64,000 bases of DNA from Octopus vulgaris (taxonomy: Eukaryota): NCBI GenBank assembly GCA_951406725.2, contig OX597816.1, positions 138,384,001 to 138,448,000 of the forward strand, in the 5' to 3' direction. Below the pieces are notes generated by a model. The model made no database searches, was not told the origin of the DNA, and was given only the letters and a program-made list of their open reading frames with translations. Position numbers and translations under genes: made by a program. This document shows, piece by piece, positions 55,059 through 64,000 of this stretch. Position 1 is the stretch's first letter. Each line of letters begins with the position of its first letter.

Positions 55059-55248
55059 AAGAAACATGTTAAAAATAATGGTCATTACATATTTTTCCTT
55101 TATTGGAGCAAATTTGACTTACAATTGTTTCCAGTACTCATTATAGGTACATTATTTATCAGTAATGTACCTATAATGACTGCTGGAAGTCAAATTTGCC
55201 CCAATAAAGGAAAGATATGTAATGACAATTATTTTAAACTTCTTTCTT
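55059..55248. repeat. ~190-bp imperfect fold-back (MITE-like)
   Basis: GTCATTACATATTTTTCCTTTATTGGAGCAAATTTGACTT..TCATTATAGGTACATTA / TAATGTACCTATAATGA..AAGTCAAATTTGCCCCAATAAAGGAAAGATATGTAATGAC. Confidence 0.85.
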
Positions 55249-55249
55249 G

Positions 55250-55288
<39 letters not shown>

Positions 55289-55418
55289 TTAGAGATAAAA
55301 CCACTATTAGGCAAATCAAACAATGAAAAACTTAAGCCAATACATAAAATTAATTAATTTATATTATTTTAAATATATATCAAAAGTATTAAAAGTTTAA
55401 TAAAAGATAATGAGTAAA

Positions 55419-55489
55419 ACACTACGATCGTTTCATGGCTGTCCAATTCGTAATAATTCGAGTTATGGTTATAGTCAATCTTCAGGTAT
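55419..55489 (-). ncRNA. Hammerhead motif with eroded stem II
   Basis: AUAC-CUGAAGA-UUGACUAU...ACAGCCAU-GAAAC-GAUC-GUA^GUGU. Confidence 0.6.
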
Positions 55490-56423
55490 AATATATAATA
55501 AGAGTAAATATCAAATAATGTCAGTTACAGCTAGTGATCGACATTTTGATTCAAATTCGTGTATATTCCAAATCAGAAATGGCTGAAAAATTAGCATCAT
55601 CTTTGAAACGAAGGTGATAAAACTATTTTGATCCAATAAATTTGTTGAGTGCTTTTCTTTCGTTTATCCACTCACTTGTGTGTGTATATATATCTATGCA
55701 TATATGGGTACAGGACGTCACCAACTGTGCAAGCAACATGAAATATATAAACAAATTAGTTAAATACGTGAACAAGAGAAAAAAATGGAAAACAGGACAA
55801 GTAAACAGAGAGAAAGGACCCTTCATCTGTTGTCGGCTGTCTATCTACTCCTCATTTCAAGCATTCAACAACAGTATGAGTCTTCAAAAACAACTGCTCC
55901 CATAAATTCTAAAATAGAATTTAGGATTTGTGGAGGGTCAAAGTCGGAAACAAAAATAGGACAGTGGAGACATACAAGGAAACCGAAAGGAAACAAACAT
56001 GGAGAGTCGTTAGACCAGGACGAGAAGAAAATAGTGAACGATGGGAGAAGATAAAAAATAGAAGAGAGAGAAAAAAAACGTCCAGTCTTTTGAACTTCAG
56101 TGCAGGAAAAGAAAGATGGATAATGGTCTCCGTTTTTTGCTTGTTTGTTTGTTTGTTTTGTGTGTCTTTCTTGCCGTAAACATTCGCCAGCTTTCTTCAA
56201 AAAGGGTCTAATGCTTTTCTGGGGGCAACTAGATCGAACCATCTGAAGTGTAACTGGCCGAAATGGTCGTGACTTCTGGTACTTGACTGAGGAAAGAAAG
56301 CCACGAATGACCCGTCTTTTTTGCCTGTCCTTCTAATTTTTGTTTCTGTTGTCCGCCTTTGTACGTCTATTTGTTCGAAGATTTTATTGTCCCCTATTGC
56401 GTTTATGTTCCATTTGTATATGC

Positions 56424-56484
<61 letters not shown>

Positions 56485-56602
56485 TAAGAAAATTGGTTTG
56501 TGAAAGCATGTGGTTGAATATATAGAAAATAGTAAAAAGTGAAAAACTACAGAAGGCTTAAAGGTTAAAAAATATATATATTTGCGTCAATATGTCTGAA
56601 GA

Positions 56603-56653
<51 letters not shown>

Positions 56654-56674
56654 TTTGTGTATACATACATACAT

Positions 56675-56748
<74 letters not shown>

Positions 56749-57448
56749 GCATGCGTGTGTGTATGTGCATAGACATATATTTTACGTTCCAGTTCTTTCA
56801 GTAATTAGACTGCGGTCATGTTGGAACACCGCCTTGATGAATTTTAGCTGAACATATCGAAGCTTATACTCGTGATTTTAAGTTTGATATTTATTTTGTC
56901 GGACTGTTTTGATGATTCGCTAGGTTACGGGGACCAATACCGTTTCTCAAAAGGTGGTGTGAGACAAAGACAGACACAAAAGCAAACACACACACGTACG
57001 CACACGCACACACTCACACACACACACAACACACGCGCAAACGCACGCACTCGTGCACAAACTCGACCGCGCACGCACATACACACGCACACATACACGC
57101 ACACGCAAACGCACGCACATGCAAATTCACGCATACGCATATGCCCGGGCGCACACACACGCACATATTTATACGCACGCAAACACGCACACACATACAC
57201 GCGCACGCGCAAGAAAACGCACGCACACGCAAATGCGCGCACACGAACGTGCACGCACACGCGGACACACACGTGTGTAGGCGCAAACGGTAGCCTATGC
57301 ATTTTTAGCAAGGAAACTTCTTACTCTACCTCCACACTTGCTCGTATAAATATACGTGTACACGATGCTGCATATCCATGTATGACACAATAGTAATCTC
57401 TAATATCTCATTATGTATTTGTGAGAATAAATGTGAATGTGTGTGCTC

Positions 57449-57513
57449 TTCTGTCTACATGTTTCTGTACATGTTTCTGTCTACATGTTTCTGTCTACAT
57501 GTTTCTGTACATG
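57449..57513. repeat. Minisatellite TCTGT(CT)ACATGTT x5
   Basis: Directly visible 12/14-bp units. Confidence 0.9.
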
Positions 57514-57536
57514 TGCGTGTGTTTTGTGTGTGTGTG

Positions 57537-57788
57537 TAGTTAGTTAGTCAGTTAGTTAGTTAGTTAATTTTTTGGCTCAAAAAGCAAAAAGCAAGGCGAT
57601 GTAGGGGGACATGGAGTTATGTACAGGGTGGTGTTCATGTAAAGAGTTCAGGCCACTTGTGGTCAAGGGAGACTTTGAACCGAGCGGTCGTCGGCATCTT
57701 CACCATCTCGTCCGGCAGTTTATTCCACGGATCCGCAACCCGGACGGAGAAAGCCCCTTTCCTTCGATTGAGATGAAATCATCGCAGA
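57537..57788 (-). mobile_element. 3'-terminal ~250-bp copy of the CR1 LINE at 4067-7205
   Basis: Reverse complement of about 6970-7205 with scattered substitutions and a (TAAC)n tail; inserted in (TG)n. Confidence 0.93.
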
Positions 57789-57899
57789 TGTGTGCGTGTG
57801 TGTGTGTGTGTGTTGTGTGTGTGTGTGTGTGTGCATTCTATTATTCGTTTCAGCCATGCGCCTGCGGTCATGCTGGAGCACCACCGTAAATGTTTATGT

Positions 57900-58130
57900 A
57901 TAGTCTTTTGCTTGTTTCAGTCATTTGACTGCGGCCATGCTGGAGCACCACTTTGAAGGATCTTTAGTCGAATGAGTCGACCCAGTACTTATTTCTTTTT
58001 TTTTTATGAAACCCGGTACTTATTCAATCGGTCACTTTTTATCGAACCGCTAGGTTACGACGGCGTAAACACACCAACACCGGTTGCCAAGCGCCAATGG
58101 GGGCGTGCAAACACAGACACAAAGACACAC

Positions 58131-58168
<38 letters not shown>

Positions 58169-58225
58169 TTATATATATATATTTTTGTGTGTGTGTATGT
58201 GTGTGTGTGTGTGTGCGTGTGTGTG

Positions 58226-58276
<51 letters not shown>

Positions 58277-58443
58277 GTGTGTGCGTATACAATGGGCTTC
58301 TTTCAGTTTTCGTCTGCCAAATCCACTCACAAGGCTATGGTCAGCCTGACGCTATAGTGGAAGACACCAGCCCAAAGTGCCGCGCAGTGCGACTGAAAGC
58401 AGAATCATGTGGTTGGGAAGCAAGCTTCTTACCACACAGCCAG
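57900..58443 (-). mobile_element. SINE family A
   Basis: Family consensus in reverse with an expanded internal microsatellite. Confidence 0.85.
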
Positions 58444-59169
58444 GTCTGTAAATGTTTTTCTAAATCTGTTTGTAAGGGAGGCGACGCAATGAAAATCAAC
58501 AGGTAGCTTGATTTCAGTTTTTTAACATTTTCACATATAGAAGCAAATTGCTTATTTGGTATCCAAATGATTAAGAATCTCAATCAACGTCACTTCAGCA
58601 TCGACTCAAAGCCAAGATACAATTACAGAACGGTGAAGCCATTATACAAACTACTGAGACGGAATACTGATTTCTCTATGTGCAGCTTCATTCAGCAGAG
58701 ACTATCCAACACAGCCGTGACATCAACATTGAAATTAACTCTTTTCAACAGCAGCCGTCATTGTATGAATATAAATAAATGTTTGACAGAGTGAAAAGAC
58801 ATGCAAGCAGTTGGATGCATAAATGATGACGATGACGATGACAATGACGACGACGACGACGACGAGACCGACGTTGATTATGATGGTGAAGATGATGATG
58901 AAGAAGAGAAAAAGAATCATCCTCATTATCATCATCATCATCATTACAACCACAAGCAGCAGCATCTTGAGCATTGTCGATGCTGTCGTCGTTGCTGACA
59001 CAGATATTAAAAGAAAATATTGCAAAAACGAAATATAAATGAACGAAGACTGCGTTTAAATGTAGGAAGCGTTGTACGACAGAATTACAATAAGGAATTC
59101 CAATTCATCATTACATACATGTATAAATACATAAATACATACATACATGTATGTATGTATGTATGTATG

Positions 59170-59201
<32 letters not shown>

Positions 59202-59269
59202 CATGCATGTATGTATGTATGTATGTATGTATGTATGTATGTATGTATGTATGTATGTATGTATGTATG

Positions 59270-59677
59270 TAGGTGCAGACGAGGCAGTGTGGTAAGAAGC
59301 TTGCTTCCCAACCACATCGTTCCGGATTCAGTTCCACAGCGTGCCACCTTGGGCAAGTGTCTTTTACTATTGCCTCGGGCCGACCGAAGACTTGTGAGTG
59401 GATTTGGTAGACGGAAACTGAAAGAAGCCCATAGTATATGTATATATATATATATATATATGAGTATATGTATATGTGTGTGTGTATGTGTGTGTGTGTG
59501 TGTATGTGTATGAATGTATACGTTTCTGCGTCTGTGTTTGTCTCCCCACCATCACTTGGCAACTGATGTTGATGAGGTACGTCCCCATAACTTAGAGGTT
59601 CGGAAAAAGACCGATAGAATAAGTACGAGGCTTACAAAGAATAAGTACTGGGGTCAATTTGTTCGACTAAAGGCGTC
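59270..59677 (+). mobile_element. SINE family A
   Basis: Family consensus, truncated at CGACTAAAGGCG. Confidence 0.85.
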
Positions 59678-59689
59678 AGTCAAATGGTA

Positions 59690-60250
59690 TCAATGAAGAG
59701 AGAAGGTGAGTAGGAGTGTAGTAGGTGTCAGATGAAGAGAAGAGAGGAGGGGACCTGAGCTCATGTGGCGCAAAAGAGCGAAGAGAGAAGATTAATTTCA
59801 GTTCACAGCGAAGGCGAGAATCCGGATAACCCCTGTGCAAAGACAATCTGAACACAAATAAGTGTTGCAGTAAATGAATGACCTGTAGAGCTGAAATAGC
59901 GTGAGACCGGGGTGTCATCGCCACGTCTGATGTCTCGGAGGTGCTCCGCGAACCGGTCAGCCAAGCTGCGTCCCCTTTGACCGACGTACAGAGAAGAGCA
60001 AAAAGAGCACGAGATGCAGTAAATGACGTTGCTAGAAGTGGAAGTAAAGGAGTCGGTGATATGATAGGGACGATAATGGTGGTATTCGAGAGGTAGGGGC
60101 AAGTTGGGCAGCGTGGGCGGGAGCAGGGGAACGAGCCAAACTGGGAGGTGGGTTAATGGAAGAAACTGTGGAACAGGTCAGGCAGGTTGTGGGCTCGTTT
60201 GAAGGAGGGGCGGGGCAGGTTGGGGAAGATGTGCGAGGTGGAGGGGTCGC
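59690..60250 (-). mobile_element. Penelope-like element (Neptune-type) linker + GIY-YIG endonuclease remnant
   Basis: FKRAHNLPDL, GSFPCSRPRCPTCPYL (Cys linker), SFTSTSSNVIYCISCSFCSSLYVGQRGRSLADRFAEHLRDI..PVSRYFS..GHS, RLRCELKLIFSLRSFAPH. Confidence 0.9.
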
Positions 60251-60902
60251 CAGAAGGCTCGGAGAATGGTGTGTTGGAGGAGCAGGGTGGTTGGATGGTA
60301 CGTTAAGATTGCAGTATCTGGATTCCTGTCCAGATATGATATTTAGATCACAACCTGGTAGGGATCGAATTTGTTCACTGAAAAGCGGATTGTGAGCTTG
60401 AAGGCAACTATAACTACTATCTGTTAATCTTATGGAAAACATATCTAAATATGGTTATGATACTTTACTTTGACCTAAGCGTGTTTACGGTACTTCATTC
60501 AATCGTCCCTTGTACTCCGATAAAACAACTGAAAGCACTTCTTCCGCAAGTTTGTCTTATGCACTCATATATTCTAAAGAAGAAAATGTGAAACAGAAAC
60601 ACATAAAAGACTGCCCCAAAACTGAGAAGACGGCATCGGGTTTGGTCTGTGATGTTCATAACTCATTTGGTTTCTCATTGGTGTTTCGTTTCCTTCATAG
60701 CCAATTCCATATTAGAGGGAATATGGCTCTTAAAAGTGCATTTGTATACATCTGTGTGTTAGTGTGCGCATACGTGAGCGTGTGTATGTGTATACGTATT
60801 CCTAAGTGTTGGGTATATGTGATGACATGCTTGAGCTTGTGTCTACGTGCATGCCTCTGTCTGTGTACGCAGTAGTGAATATGTATGTACATCTGTTTGC
60901 AC

Positions 60903-60945
<43 letters not shown>

Positions 60946-61930
60946 ATATGTGTTTGTGTATGTACTTGTGTATGTTTATATGGAACTATATATGTGTAAC
61001 TACGTGTGCGTATGCGTGTCTGGCACTGAATACATATATATGTATGTGTGTTAATGTGTGTGTAAGGGAGATAGAGAGAGAGGGGGGAGAGTGAGAGTGC
61101 GAGATGGGTAGGTGTCGTGTTCAAGAATTAACATGTCAGCCAGTAATTACAATGACAGAGGAGTGTTCGTAAGCAGCCATTTTAACAAGCTTTCGTTACG
61201 GCTGTTATCATTTCAGCAGCCATTTATAGTTGTTGACGTAGACATATCTTTTAACAAACCATCTCTTCACATGGAAGAGATGGTTTGCACGAATAGTAAT
61301 ATCATTATAGCTTTCTTCTACGCACACACGAACAAACAAATACACACAAACACACGCATGCACACACACACACACACACACATGAAAACATACACGCAGA
61401 ATTTTACACAAGTGCACCCTTTATACTTGCACGCAATGGTATTTACACTCACCCACACACAATATACGTATAGACATACGCACACAAATGCTATGTCCCA
61501 CACATCAACACACAGAACCGCTAACACAGGGCAAAACATATATATATATATATACACTTGTCCATACGAATAGATAACTAGTATATAACTCACGCAAACA
61601 CATACACGAAGTCCGCAGCATGATGCTACGTTTCAACACGCACGCAAACATACACAAATAAGCTGTAATGTATATACATACATACATACATACATACATA
61701 CATACATACATACATACATACATACATACATACATGCATACATATACATATACATATATACACATTCACATACATACATACATACATGCATACATACATA
61801 CGGGTGTATAATAAATGAAATGAGATATTGTCTAATTTGTCACACACGCATGTATACTCCATACACTAGTCGTAAATGCATATGGCATACTCATGACAAA
61901 CACTCTATTACACACGTACACACATGTACG

Positions 61931-61974
<44 letters not shown>

Positions 61975-62984
61975 CATACATACATACATACATACATACA
62001 TACATACATACATACATACATACTGTGTGCACAGCAGTGAATATGTAAGTACATTTGTTTGCACACTGCGTGTGTGTATATGTGTGTCTGCTTTTGTGTA
62101 TGCATTTGTGTATGTTTATATGGAACTGTATGTGTAACTACGCGTGCGTATGCGTGTATGGCACTGAAAACATATATATGTACGTGTATGTTATGTGTGT
62201 GAGAGAGAGAGAGTGTGTGTGTGTGTGTGTATGTATTATATATATGTATGTATAAATTTAATATATGCGTGTGTGTGTGTGTTTTTTCAATTTTAACACT
62301 CACGACCACACACATGCAATCGCAAGTAATAACACAAATACACACGTATCATACTACACTCTCACACACGCATACATACATACATACATACATACATACA
62401 TACATACATACATACATACATACATGCACACATACATACATACATACATACATACATACATACATACATACATACATACATACACACATACATACATACA
62501 TACATACATGCACACATACATACATACATACATACATACATACATACATACATACATACATACATACATACATACATACATACATACTGACTAATTGACA
62601 TGACAGATAGGCAGACAGACGTACTCACACCAGAACACGTAGAGACATAAAGCCAACACGAGCAAAGAGTGAGGGGAAATGAAAAGTTGTCTCAATCGTC
62701 ACGCACATGAAAAACACATAGACACACACACTCACACACACGCCCACAGACACTTCACACTAAATATATTCGCATACAACTACAAGAGTAAGTCAGATGT
62801 ATATACACACACACGTAGAATTCAGGTACACCGCACTACCATCACCACCGTCACCAACACCGCCACCTCCAATAGCACAGCCGCCGCCGCCGCCACTACC
62901 ACCACCAGTCACACATACGCGAACACTACGCTGAAACGCATACATAAATCCATAGATTTCGCAAACCAGATACACTCACACACA

Positions 62985-63023
<39 letters not shown>

Positions 63024-63145
63024 ACACACACATGCACATACACACCACATACAATGCATATGCAGTCATTCACTCAGCCATTATATATTAACACTACACA
63101 CTATCTACACATACATAAACCCATACACATCACACAGCAGACACG

Positions 63146-63176
<31 letters not shown>

Positions 63177-63295
63177 CTGGACTCTTACCACACTTACACA
63201 CATACGCATATACAAACAGCCGTTTACTCACACATACATACATACATATAAACATACATCCATACATACATACATCCATACATATATATATATAT

Positions 63296-63354
<59 letters not shown>

Positions 63355-63377
63355 TATATACACATATATATGTAGAC

Positions 63378-63416
<39 letters not shown>

Positions 63417-63455
63417 GGTATATGTCACCCGCTTCTCTTACAGTTACACAAATAA

Positions 63456-63526
<71 letters not shown>

Positions 63527-64000
63527 GTGAAATGAGGTGTAGTCTCAATTGTCACTTCGGTGGGATTACGCTATCGTTAAAGTTTTTTCTTTCGCGTAGT
63601 TTTTCTCTGATTTACTTGTTCTCGGTTTTGTTAAGATTGACAGATCGGTGTATTTCTGTCTGCGGAGACCCAGGGAAGATGGGATGAGGAAAAAGGAAAA
63701 AGGAAAAGGAAAATGAAAAGAGATTGTGAGAAGGGGAGAAAGAATGATAATAGAGACCAAAACAGAGAGATAAACACAGATAGGTGAAAAAAAGCAGACA
63801 TACGCCACACGGCATAAACGGCAGTCTCAATATAGCAAGAAATGTTTCTGTATTTTTCTGCGCCATTTTCGAAATTCTTTCTCTTCCTTTCGTTTTTTTT
63901 CTTTTTTGTTTCCTTTTGATTGTTTGATTTCTGCTTATTATTGATTATTGATTTTCAGCATGTCATTGACGTTAGCGTTGTTGCTAGTTGAACGTTGATA

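Overview
This is AT-rich, microsatellite-dense eukaryotic DNA, most likely an intergenic or intronic stretch of a cephalopod (Octopus-like) genome. That assignment is inferred from recognising the SINE families and was not checked against a database. I can recognise no host protein-coding gene, and nearly all ORFs in the track are translated simple repeats. The window is a mosaic of transposable elements. These include one young, almost intact CR1-clade LINE (4067-7205, single frameshift) with a 3' fragment at 57537-57788, a decayed near-full-length Tx1/L1-clade LINE (12205-16520, minus) and a second fragment of it, R4/Dong-like RLE retrotransposon ends sitting in (TATG)n and (TAA)n arrays, several Penelope-like (PLE) RT/GIY-YIG remnants, two non-autonomous Helitrons, a Helentron-type HINE, a mariner end, and dozens of tRNA-derived SINE copies. 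The most notable signal is a dense set of minimal type I hammerhead ribozyme (HHR) motifs, about nine, in short elements inserted in (TA)n tracts. They include canonical C3:G8 cores and compensatory U3:A8 and G3:C8 cores, mostly with self-complementary loop III sequences (CGCG, AGCU, AUAU, GAUC, CG). One lies in a 362-bp unit arranged as head-to-tail repeats that also form a perfect fold-back with 490-bp arms (1479-2525), the geometry expected of a very young retrozyme or PLE pseudo-LTR insertion. All structures were read by eye, and none of the ribozymes is shown to be active.
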